A DNA stretch of 63,755 bases, the filler included, from Conidiobolus incongruus B7586 (Eukaryota), in assembly GCA_000697335.1 (NCBI GenBank). It is 12 parts of 12 records of this genome, joined end to end, with 100 filler letters (N's around TTAATTAATTAA, not from the genome) between each part and the next. Parts side by side here need not be neighbours in the genome. Positions count along the whole stretch, not along the records: positions 9,084 to 19,254 come from JNEM01004104.1; positions 19,355 to 25,066 come from JNEM01004108.1; 10 more parts are not named here. One strand, 5' to 3'. Position 1 is the first letter of the stretch, and each line of letters starts with the position of its first letter. Both the position numbers and the translations under genes were made by a program. Shown here piece after piece: positions 12,962-24,790 of the stretch. The notes under the pieces were generated by a model. That model made no database searches, was not told the origin of the DNA, and saw only the letters and a program-made list of their open reading frames with translations.

Positions 12962-15046
12962 TTAGCATCCCTTTTTGGGACAAGCAAAACTGGTAGAATA
13001 ATCTGATTGAACCATACCGCAAATTTCAAAGACGGCTTGAACGACACCACCAATACCTTCACCAGCAATCATACCGGAGGCAAGAGGGATGTTGTAGTAC
13101 TTATGAGATTCGGGGTTGCGCTTGGCCCAGATTTGTTCAATAATAAGACCATAGAGGGAAGCCAACAACAAATAAGGAGAAGGATTGACCAAGGCAATAC
13201 CAAAAGCATTCCAGTTGGGGACCCAGTGGGCATATTTCTTCAAAAGCGTGCGCTTAAGAACAGTGGAAACAATAGTAATGATACCAAATACCAAACAGGC
13301 AATTCTAGAAGAAGGAGGGACAGAGGCGGAGATATCTTTAGTCAAAGCTTCAGCAACACCCTGCCAGGCAGCAACTGATGGAGCTTGGAAAGGACAGTTT
13401 TCATCTTCATCAGACATTATGAGGAAACAAGGGTAAGCCTTACCGAAGACCCAAAAGATAACAACAGCAACAACGACACCAAAGATGGAACCAACGATTT
13501 GGGCGTAGAACTGGGATCTTGGAGAAGCTCTCAATAAGTGACCAGTCTTTAAATCACCAACCATATCGACAGTTTGAGCGGCACAAGAAGCAGCAACGTT
13601 GCCAGCAATAAGGTTGACCTGTAAGTCCATGTTAACACTTCCATGTTTAAATGGAGCAAAGATGAATTGAGAAGTCTTGCCAATGACACCAGTAGGGTTG
13701 ATATCGGTTTCACCGGAAGATTGTGTAGCAACGAAAGATAAAATAAAACCAAGGATGACAGCAAATAATCCCAAGTACCATTCAATAGAAAAGTAGACTT
13801 TCAAAATGATAATCGTACAGATGGTACTAACAGCAATACCACTACCCCATTGCCAGCCGGGAATTTGTTCGGTTTGAGGGACGGGATCATAATCACTGCC
13901 ATCACTATTACCAATTTGCTTAGGAGTACCACCAACTAACTTAGCGACAATATTATAAAGAGACAAGAAAGCTCCCTTGAATCCGTTGTAAACAGTCTTG
14001 TATTGACAGGCCAGTTCAGTAAAACTAGCACAGATCATGATAACAACACCAGGCCACAATAACCACAGTTGAGGGGTAATAGTTCCATCAGTACCGACTG
14101 CGAATTGCCAAGGAGATTTGTGATTAACGATGCCTTCGGTGTAATAGAAGAGACAGGGAGCAACGATACCCCAAGCGAAGATATTACCAGCCGTAAGAGA
14201 TAAGACGGCGTTAGTTCCCATCATCATACCAGCACCGATGAAAGCAGTGGTAAGCTGAATGTGCCATCTCCACATAGAAGAGATATCCATTAAAGCTTTG
14301 GAGCCAGCAGCTTGGCCAATCCAGTATAAGGGATGCAAATCAAGGATGAAAGGTACGAAATAGGATAAAATCTTGTAGAAGGTAGATCCGAGGAAAGACC
14401 ACAAGATGACCTTTCCTTGAGCTTTTCCCTTATTGGATTCTTCAGAATTACCACCAGGAGCTCCATGTAAAGTTCTGACGGTGACAGCAGCAGCGACAGG
14501 GGAAGGGAATACGAGCTTTTGTTGGATGACGAAGTATTTCCTGAGAGGAATGGCAAAGAATAAGCCATAGAAAGCAGCAGCAGTAGTCCATAAGAACATC
14601 ATATCCCAAATACCATCAATATCTTTTAAGATTCCCAAACGGAAAAGAGCGGGAATGGCAGTAAGATAACCAGCTGAAAGACCACCAGCAGCTGTAGCAG
14701 CAGTTTGGACAGTACAATTTTCTTTGATACCGAACGCACCACCACCCCAAGAAGGAGGAAGTTTTTCCATTGGCTTCAAAATAGTGAAACCGAGAATGGC
14801 ACCGAAGATGGAAGCACCAAAGGTCCAACCAGATTTCAAACCTATATACATGTTACTAGCAGCAACAATACATCCAAGTAGAGAACCAATGATAGTAGCT
14901 CTCCATGTGAATTGATATGGAATACCATCATCGGGTTCTCTGTCATCAAGAGGATCAATTTCGGCAGCCCTAACGGCGTATTTTGAATCTTGTTCTTTGT
15001 TATTATATTCGAATTTTTCGTTAACGGGTAAGTCAGCTTGACTCAT
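12962..15046 (-). CDS. OPT-superfamily oligopeptide/metal-chelate transporter (YSL-like branch), ~694 aa, intronless
   Basis: FTWRA..IG, NMYIGLKSGW, ENCTVQTAA, FPSPVAAA, GETDINP, GDLKTGHLL.ASPR.QF and ASGMIAGEG motifs; many TM helices. First ATG (MSQADL) is at 15046; the ORF track starts at an upstream GTG. Confidence 0.93.
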   Translation of the reverse strand: MSQADLPVNEKFEYNNKEQDSKYAVRAAEIDPLDDREPDDGIPYQFTWRATIIGSLLGCIVAASNMYIGLKSGWTFGASIFGAILGFTILKPMEKLPPSWGGGAFGIKENCTVQTAATAAGGLSAGYLTAIPALFRLGILKDIDGIWDMMFLWTTAAAFYGLFFAIPLRKYFVIQQKLVFPSPVAAAVTVRTLHGAPGGNSEESNKGKAQGKVILWSFLGSTFYKILSYFVPFILDLHPLYWIGQAAGSKALMDISSMWRWHIQLTTAFIGAGMMMGTNAVLSLTAGNIFAWGIVAPCLFYYTEGIVNHKSPWQFAVGTDGTITPQLWLLWPGVVIMICASFTELACQYKTVYNGFKGAFLSLYNIVAKLVGGTPKQIGNSDGSDYDPVPQTEQIPGWQWGSGIAVSTICTIIILKVYFSIEWYLGLFAVILGFILSFVATQSSGETDINPTGVIGKTSQFIFAPFKHGSVNMDLQVNLIAGNVAASCAAQTVDMVGDLKTGHLLRASPRSQFYAQIVGSIFGVVVAVVIFWVFGKAYPCFLIMSDEDENCPFQAPSVAAWQGVAEALTKDISASVPPSSRIACLVFGIITIVSTVLKRTLLKKYAHWVPNWNAFGIALVNPSPYLLLASLYGLIIEQIWAKRNPESHKYYNIPLASGMIAGEGIGGVVQAVFEICGMVQSDYSTSFACPKKGC

Positions 15047-15913
15047 TTTGAATTTCAATAAAAGGTTCACTTAAAATACAAATCAATTGTAAAGAGAGAT
15101 TAATCAGAAATTAGTTAAAAGAGAAGTATTGTTCAAACAATGAAATATAGTAAGATACAAACAGAAATAAATAGTATCTTGATTGCAAGAAGTGGTTAGC
15201 AATCAGAGAAGTAGTGGGGAATGTTAGTAAAAATAAGGTAAATTTCAAATTGAATTAATATGTTGTGATAACTAAAAGTAAAGCAACTATTGAGTTTAAA
15301 TACTAAATTTCTACTAAGTTTCAAATCAATATCTATTCCCTCTATTGTAAGAGAAAAATTCACATCGTTTGGATATGAAGGCATATTTACTATTATTGAT
15401 ACCTCAATTATCTGACATGAGTCAACTGGTGGATATCGTTCTCACTAAAAATAAACATCATATGACAATTTGGACTTTACCCTCCTGGGAAAAAATTTCA
15501 GTCAAATTGGTTAATGTGACATACAATCTGGTAAATCCATTGCTAATCAAATTATTATAAAAAAACTCTTTTTTAACCCATTAAATTTAAAAGGTAACCG
15601 ATGTATGGATATATTTATATCACATGATCCCTAAAATCATATGAAAAAAGACTATTATATACTTAAAACATTAAATATGTAATTCCTAAAATTTGAAACC
15701 ATTGGCTAAAAAGTTTAATCTTTTCTTCAAATCAAACTAAAATTTTATCAGATAATAATATTATTATTATTATTAAAAAATTAATATAAATAATTGAAAG
15801 TGTAATGTATAAGAAAAAATGATTTTAAATTATTCAAACCCTTTAAAAATATTATTTTTTATTAATTATTAAAATTTAAGTTGAAATAAAATTATTGAGA
15901 TATTAAAAGTCAA

Positions 15914-15944
<31 letters not shown>

Positions 15945-18900
15945 TAATCATTGATTTTTATAATATTAGTTAATCAACTCAATAAATGTTAATATTTTCA
16001 ATTATATTAACAATTTAAAAAAATTTATTTCAATTTTTAATATAATTTGGCGAAATTAAATAGACTAAATATTAAATTATCGCCAAATTAGTATGTATTA
16101 AATCACTATTATTATTACTCTTAAAAATTCAATTTAATCGACTGATTTTGAAAATTAAATATATTAAGTAAATTCCCTAACAAAAATTAATAAATCTCCA
16201 ACTTGAAATATGATCTTATCAATAGAAATAGATAACAATATAATCTTAATGGGGTATTTTATCCCTGTTAAATGGATATTCCTCAGGGTCTTATTACCAA
16301 ATTTGACAATGACCTCACAGTACATCTGAATAATTTTTGGACAATTTACCAACCTCTTTTAAGCTTGTGACATGACCAAAATGAATCAAATGATCTAGTT
16401 AACCATAATTTAGCCAATCAAATAGCGACCAGTGAGATCAGCATCTGTTCAAATAAAATGATGCTAAATATTAATTGTTATTAAAATAATCCTTCAATCT
16501 TTAATTATTTTTTTAATATTTCATATCTTCAATTATATTAGTGATTCTATTAAAGCTATTATAGCATTGAATAAATTTACGTAGTTCAAGTTATATTTAT
16601 CCTAAGCTCTTCACATTCTCACCTCTATTTAAAGTCCAGAACTTAATCAAAAAAATTTTTGCGGGATAGAAAATATATATATATATATCAATTGTGAGAA
16701 AATTGGGACTAAACTCAAATTATTAAGTTTTTTAAATCCAAATTAATTCCCTTTAAAAAATTATTTTCACTTGAAATAAAAATTTATTCATAACATCCAA
16801 ATTACTAAATTAGGTAGTGACTTTACTATTTTGTGTAGCTTCAATATTTTGATTAAGGTCTGGACATATTTCAATAATAGTTAACAGATCAAATAACTTA
16901 TAGAATTTGAATAAAAATACTTATTAAAAATAATTAATTTCACTAACATAATACCGAATAATTGAGGATTTTTGATATAAATTGTTGTTACTTAATCATA
17001 TGATATATAGTTTACCAATTTCAGCAGCATAAAATTAAGTGATATTATATTCACATTTTATTAACTTTTTTTGAATTAATATATATAAGAGTATAGAGTA
17101 ACTGAATATATTTAACTTATATAAGCAAATGTATTCAAATGATATGAAAATATATTAAGATTTGATATATAGAAAACAAAAATAAATTTGAAAAAAATAA
17201 TTATAAAAAAATGTCAATAAAAGTGTTATAAATAAAAAAACTTGGCAATGTACTGGTTGAATCGTTATAATATCCTCAAATGTATATAATAAGGTTTTTA
17301 ACATTGATTATTTGGTTATTTTTGTGAATTATGTTCCTATATCAGAGTAAAATAGTGAGTGATATAAATATTTATAAAATAAGTTCAAAAATAACTTTTA
17401 TTTAGATATTTTTTATCATTTAATACTCCCTTAATAAGATTAATATGCAATAAGATAACGATTTGATAATAACTATGTATGTTTTATGTATACCTTAGTT
17501 CGAAATGGTTTAATAACCACATGCAATTGAAATTTAATAATTTTATCAATTTACTATCTGAGGTTAAAGGGATAGATATAAGTTGACTCACTATTGATAT
17601 CATTATATTATCTTCAATGAAAGTAAATGGAATCAACAAATAATGCTCGTTTGAATATGCTATTTTGATTTTAGTAATATAGTTGAGACTTTCTATTTAG
17701 TATCATGATTACAATAGTATTATATTTTGGCGAAAATTTATTTAAAGGACTAAATATTTAAAATAGAAATCAATAAAACTTCTCCAAAGCCACTTAAAAT
17801 CGGGAAATGGTTTTATAAAACAAAGATCACTCGGATTTATATTATATCATAACATACTTAAAATCAATTTAAAACACTCGATATTTTTTCAATTAATAGA
17901 AATAAGGTGTATTAATTTGAATCACATTATCAAAATTTTATCATCTAGTATCCGTACTTATCAACATTTAATCCATATGACACAAGTGTTAAATTGAATA
18001 AATTTTGGATAATAAAATGAAATTATGTAAAAAAACTTAACGGCTATGGTAAAACTTTTTAAAATGATTATATGAAAAGCTTGTCCGAATATCGAGTTAT
18101 TAAACCAGTATCTAAAATATAAAATTCACACCTAAGAATTTGATATTACACTAGATATGTAACTTTACATATTTTTATTAAGTTTTAATCTTATCTTTTA
18201 TTAATAAAACGATTAAAGTTTTTATAATAAAATTATTCCTTAAAAATTATATTTAATTGAATAATAATTAATCCTTAAAATTAAATTTTTATCAAATGAA
18301 TATTATAATATGAAATGATATTGAAATATATCTAATAAAAATTATATTCTTGAAATTATATCTAAATTTGACCAAAATAATGTTTTATAATATTGGATAT
18401 ATTATAAATTTTTCCGCTTAAGATGAGGTGGAATTTGAATCGGAGTCAGAAGTTTTTAAAATTATTGAAATTGTTAGCAAGTTAAATGAAAATCCAAATT
18501 TCTTAAAATGTTTCTTAATTTTATATTTTATTTACGTCACTAATTATTATGTTTAATTTTAAATTTTTAAGGAATACTTAAAATTTAATAAATTTTGATA
18601 TGTTATCAAATAATCATCTCATTAAAATTAGATAACAAAATAAATTAAAATATTAAGTATTATATTATCAAGTAATTGATCACTATCAAAACTAAAGATA
18701 AATTATTTATAAATTATTCTCAATTTATTTCCAAAAGGTTTTAGAAAAAAAGGAATTTAAAATCACCTGATATACGGTAATTTTCAATTTAAATCCACTA
18801 GGATTCATGTTGTCGTTTAATTCCTAATTTTAAATAATTTTATTAATTGAGGAAATATTGAATGGGGATGATGTTTTATTTGACCATACTGGGATATTCA

Positions 18901-19525
18901 ATGGTAGTAGTAATTAATGAAGTTTTGGGTAAAGATTTCTTTAATACTTAATGGAGTTGATCTAATATTGAATCTGACCATTTTACTAATAATTTCAAAA
19001 TATTAATAATGGAACGATATTAAGTATATAATTCAATAATTAATAATAAATTTTAATATATTTATTTTATATTAACTATACTAGATCATATATTTTTTAG
19101 AAATTTATTGACTTTACTCCTTGCATTTTTTTTTGGATATTTAAATATATTATTTAATGAAATTTAATATTATTTAACAATATAATTTTTATATTTTTAT
19201 ATTAATTATTTATATTATTATATAATTTTTTCTTTTTTGATAATTTTTTTATTANNNNNNNNNNNNNNNNNNNNNNNNNNNNNNNNNNNNNNNNNNNNTT
19301 AATTAATTAANNNNNNNNNNNNNNNNNNNNNNNNNNNNNNNNNNNNNNNNNNNNTAATTTTAAAGATTTGATTTTTTAATTAAAAAAGCTATTATAAATT
19401 AAATATAAAAAATTTAATAATATATATTATCCTATATATTATATATACTTTTTATTAATATAAGTTAATATTTTATTTAAAAATCAGAAATAAAAATTTT
19501 ATTATTTTTTTCAAATTTAAGATAA

Positions 19526-20824
19526 TATTACCTTGAATTTAAAATAATAAGATATTTTTTAATTTTTAATTTTTCAAATATATTATTAGTTTGAAATAAA
19601 TAAATATTTACAAAGTTAAGAAAAGATTATATATCTTTAATATATATATAATAATTTTTTTGATTAAAAAATTAATTTTTAAAATTAGTTGTTTAAATTA
19701 ATTATATTTAAATTAAATAATAATTATCAAAAGATTTTTATTTTTGTATCAGTAAAACTTAACCATAAACCCTCTAAAATTATTTAATATTTACAGGTAG
19801 CTTTTAGTAATGAAGTATTATTTAAATTAACAATATATCACTAGATAAATTACTGTAAAGTTAAAAGAGAAATTATTTAATACCTATTAAAATTTAAAAA
19901 AATAAATTCAACTATTACTTTTTTAATTATTAGTAAGATGAAAAAATATATTGAAAAGCACCTTTTTATTTTAGTTAGAGAATTTTCTAAGCACTTTAAT
20001 ATTAAATTTATAAGTATTTTATATATATTAAAGTTTAAACCAGATTAATAAATAAAAATACAAAATAGGTACCTTATAATTTAACTAAAACTTAAAAAAA
20101 AGCTAGAGTAATTATTATTAAATAATATTTATTAAAATATTACTAGAAGCTTAAACTTTTATATTAAAAAATTACAATTGATGAATATTAAATCTTTATA
20201 TATAATTCTTTACTAAAACATAAATCAAAATATTAGATTAAATTAAATTAATCCCCTCTAAAAATGTATTTAAATAAATATTTTATTAATAAGTGAATAT
20301 TAATCATTATAATAGATTACAATGGTAAATGCTACTTTTATTTAATTTTTAAAGGAAAATCAATTAATAATAAACTTTTTATTTTTTTTAAATATTTCTA
20401 ATTAGTGTTCTTAATATAATTTGAGAAAATATATTATTTTACATAATAATTATAAAATATATAAATTTAACATTATAAAAAACTTTCTAATTAAAAATAA
20501 CTAAAAAAACTACTATATCTAGTATATTCTTTAGATTATAACCTATGTTATTATAATTGCTTTAGGAAATTAAAAAACCAACTTACAAGAAAGAAAATTT
20601 TTACCAAATATTTTAATTAATTTGTGAAATATTAAATTTCAGTTTTTAATAAAAAGGACTATTTTTTAGATATTAGATCTTTGCTAAAAGTATGGTAAAA
20701 AAGTTATTAATAGTAAAAGAAACTATTAAATTAATATTATATATTTATTTATATATATTATATATTAAAATAATAATTTATTTTGAATTTTAAAAATTCC
20801 CATTATAAAAAATACAAAGTAATA
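19526..20824 (+). mobile_element. Full-length but degenerate mariner (DD34D) transposon, ~1.3 kb
   Basis: Imperfect ~40-bp TIRs (19526-19570 and 20783-20824) with TA ends. Relic motifs: *VPYNL (WVPHEL) 20066, ITIDEY*I (ITGDEKW) 20171, LHNN (LHDNA) 20439, YSLDYNLCYY (YSPDLAPSDY) 20525, VW*KVI (RWQKVI) ~20690. Confidence 0.85.
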
Positions 20825-21459
20825 ATTTTAATATAATTATATTCAATCTTAAATTATTAATTAAAATTACATTAGTATAAAATAATTCTAAATAAATATA
20901 TTGTTATTTAATCTGAAAGTATTTATTTTTATATATGTTTTATATTTAATGAATCTTTTTAAGACTATAATATATTTGAAAATAAGAAATAAAAATTTAC
21001 CAATTTCTTAAATTAATATTATAATATTATATAAAAGAAATATATTATATTTTGAAATATTATATATTTAAATCAGCATAAATAGTTTAAAGAAATATAT
21101 AAAATAATAATACTTAATAGCTTATCTTATTTTAAAAAATTATATGATAAATTCTGTACTAGGAATATATTACTAAGTATTTTCATCAGATTTGAAAAAT
21201 TTAGATAAAACTTAATTCCTAATTAATGGATATTTAACTAATTGTCATTTTTATTAATTATGAAAAAATTATAATTAAATATTAATAATATCAAAAATAT
21301 AAATTAATGTAATTCTTACTAATTAAAGTAATAAATTATTAATTTCAGCAAATTATATATTGATATTATTCTATATTTATTTTATAAAATTTCAAATTTT
21401 TTTAAAAAAATTAAATTTATTAATATAATTTAAAAACTCTATATCAACTAAATTCGACT

Positions 21460-23457
21460 TATATGATTCATAGTGCTGACTCTCTTTAAATTATTCCTTT
21501 GTTTTTGCTACTTGCACTATAGCCTTTAGTCTTTTTGACACTCAAATAAGGTAACTTTTCAACATTGCCAACCTGTTGTAATAGTGTGGAGTCTAACAAA
21601 AAATTTGTAGGAACATTCAAATCACTTTACATCATAACTCTCAATTTTGGAATCATTTGGGAATCCAATGGTGTAGGTAAGTTATAAGTTTTCGTTGTAA
21701 TATCATTAGATTTCACAATACCAAAACCGATGCACTCGCAAAGATCTGGAGGTGGATATGGGGCGTTGGTGGGTGTCACATACTTGGGGATTTCGTTAGA
21801 ATCACGGTCTGAGGTAGTGGTGGATATGAAAGAATCTGGGAATTTAAAGGTGTAGAGAGCTACTAAACTGAGGTTGAAAGCGTACAAAACTTGACTGAGG
21901 TCTAAAGCATCGTCTTGAAGTTGCCATAGCTCGAGTTGTTAGAATGGAATAAAGTGGATTGGCCAACTGAAGATTGGCGTAGAATCCCATTTGTTAAGGG
22001 TGGGGCGTTTGAGAGAGTAACTATATAGAATAAGGTCGCAATGATCGACAGGTTGAAACTTTTTGAATGTGTAACGATTAGTTTGAGGAAAATCAATAAG
22101 CTCCTGAAGCGTTGAGGATAGGAATAAACAACAACTATTTAGATTGGTATTCAAGGTGTCCAAATGTAAAGACAAATCACTCTTATCACCTTCCGGAATG
22201 GGATTCAAACTGTATTCCAACTGCTAAATTGAATCAATGGAGAGTTGGAATGACAATTGACTCGACTGATTGGTATCGAATGGAATTGAACTAGATGCGT
22301 AGGTTACAATAATTCCGTGAGTTGATCAACGTATCCATACCCATACGCCGGACCCAACCATGTGTGTTCACGATCAACAGAATTCTGTGACTATTGCCAC
22401 TCTGTTTCAATTCGTTCAGTGTCAAAAACTACTGGATCAAAGTCTGACACCCCTTGGTGAAGTATTCAGGATTCAATTTGACGTTGTGGTCCTCCAAGTA
22501 AAATCCCGCCAAAGGTTGTCTCAATTGGCTAAAGTCAGGCCCCAATAATGGTGTATCAATGAAATGTAAAGTAATATAACCACTAGGAACCAATTGAGTC
22601 TGACCAGGATCCGTATTTAGATAAGCAACTTTACTCCCACTACACAATAATTTATTTACCATATATCTAGCCAATGTACTTTTACCAAATCCCTTTGCCC
22701 CAACAATTTGAATAATTTGTAGTCTATCAATTTGAAAATCTTCAAAATATCATTAACATAAATTCATAATTAGATTAATCAAATTTACCATATAATTTTA
22801 AATTTTTATCAAATTCTTCAGCAGTAAATTGCCATTATCCAGGTAATTCAAAAAATAAAAAATTGGAATTGGAGTTATCAAATATAGAGATTTTATACAA
22901 GTACAAAACAGTTTTTGACCTAGATGGCTTTAAAAGTTTGATTAAATTTTTTATCGATTAATTATAATTTTTTTATTAAAATTATAATTTGAAACTTTTT
23001 TAAATTCTTCACTGTTCTTACAATTTAAAAAGTTCTCTAATCTCAACCTTAATTACTAACATTTCACTACAATATTCCTCTCTCTGCACTCTAAAACTTT
23101 AACAAATTTCAATGTTATCAAACTACTAGTCTTAGAACTCGATACTTCAAACATTGGCAACCTTTCAAACTTCTCGTGGGACTCTTAAGTACCGTTTATT
23201 TGATAACCGAGACAGTTTAATCCACCAAAGAGGACTGAGAGTTAGCTGTGGCCTAAAATTATAAAGTACTATAATGGAGTTAGTAATTGAGTTAATTAAA
23301 ATTATATGATTATTACTTCAAGAGGTTCAAGACCTACTAAGGCTATTGTGTTGCTGTTATTTTAGAGGATGTTAGAATTCTGTCGTTCGGAATTTGATAT
23401 TGTTGGAGTGAAATTATTTAGGGGAGCTATTTGTGTTGCACTGGTGTCTATATTCAT
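21460..23457 (-). pseudogene. GRC3: Polynucleotide 5'-hydroxyl kinase GRC3/NOL9 (Clp1 family) pseudogene
   Basis: Walker A IVGAKGFGKST (~22677-22710), YLNTDPGQ, IVNTHGWV, and C-terminal AFNLSLV and ECIGFGIV motifs. ATG at 23457; short introns ~23269-23316 and ~22740-22788; several in-frame stops (e.g. 22429) and frameshifts. Confidence 0.85.
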
Positions 23458-23637
23458 AGTTTATTATGTGTTATTGTCTACTATTTATTATTATTGTCAA
23501 AGTTTTGTTTGGATTGAGATGAAAAATTAATAAGTTAAGACCTCAAATCATATATTATCAATGCTTAATAAACATTCACAAGAATTACTAGATAATGACT
23601 ATATATAAAGCCAAAGGATGTTGATAAGGATGAAAAC

Positions 23638-24495
23638 ATTACCTTGAATTTGAAATAATGGGAAATTTTTTAATATTTGATTTTTCAAGCATATTATTAG
23701 TTTTAAATAAATAAATATATACAAAATAAACAAAAGATTATATATTTTTAAATTATATATATATATTATACTTTTTTGATTAAAAAATTAACTTTTTAAA
23801 ATTGGTTATTTAATTAAGTTATATTTAAACTGATTAATAATTATCAAAAGTTTTTAATTTTAGTAATAATAAAACTTAACCACAAACCCTCTAAAACTAT
23901 TTAAAATCTACAAGCAACTTTTGGTAATAAAATATTATTTAAATTAACTATTTATTATCAAGTAAATTATTTTAAAGTCAAGAGAAAAATTATTTAAAAC
24001 CTATTAAAATTTAAAAAACTAACTTTAATTATTACTCCTTTAATTTTTAATAAGGTAAAAAATATATTGAAAAGTACTTTTTTATTTTAATTATAGAATT
24101 ATCTAAGTATTTTAATATTAGTTTTATAAGTATTTATATATATTAAAGTTTAAACTCAAATTAATAAATACAAATATAAAATAAATATCCTATAATTTAA
24201 CTAAAGTTTAAAAAAAGTTTAAATAACTATTATTAAATAAAATTTATTAGAAAAATTATTAAAATTTAAGTTTTTATAATAAATTATTACAATTAATGAA
24301 TTTTAAATCTTTATATATAATCATTTACCAAAATATAAATTAAAATACTAAAATAAACTTAATTAACTTATTCTATTAATCATTTTAAATAAATATTTTA
24401 TTAATAAAGAAATGTTAATTATTAGAATAAATTATAATAATATATGTTGCTTTTATTTAATTTTTGAAAAAAAATTAAATAATACTAAACTTTAT
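23638..24495 (+). mobile_element. 5' part of a second mariner copy
   Basis: Direct repeat of ~19527-20375, including the left TIR (attaccttgaatttgaaataatggg) and the ITINEF* motif (~24286). Interrupted near 24497 by another repeat. Confidence 0.85.
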
Positions 24496-24499
24496 ATAT

Positions 24500-24790
24500 T
24501 AACTTAAAAAAATAAGTTATAAAATCAAAAATATATACTTTTTAATTAATAACTAAAACAATTATATATATTAAATAATTTAAAATTATATTATATAGTA
24601 AAAGTATAGTTATTGATAATAAATAAATATATTGATATATATATAATAAACTATTAGCAAAAATTTTAACCATTAATATTTAACTAAGGTAAGTTATAAA
24701 TTTTTAGGTTTTTAAGATAAAAAAATATATTTAATAATATATAATTTTATCTTTTTTCTTATTCTGTTATTATTTTATATAATATTTTAT
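24500..24790 (+). repeat. Dispersed repeat family (probable DNA-transposon end)
   Basis: gttataaaatcaaaaatatatac...actaaggtaagttataaa matches the reverse complement of ~33450-33734 and, in forward orientation, ~41460-41656. Confidence 0.7.

Noticed and set aside
13007..14915. Short ORFs overlapping the OPT gene (and 7310..7540 within the beta-lactamase)
   Set aside because: Alternative-frame or antisense by-products of GC-richer coding DNA, with no motifs.
15918..15945. (TA)n microsatellites here and elsewhere
   Set aside because: Ordinary in a genome this AT-rich.
21627..22674. Several separate small ORFs
   Set aside because: Fragments or antisense shadows of the single GRC3 pseudogene.
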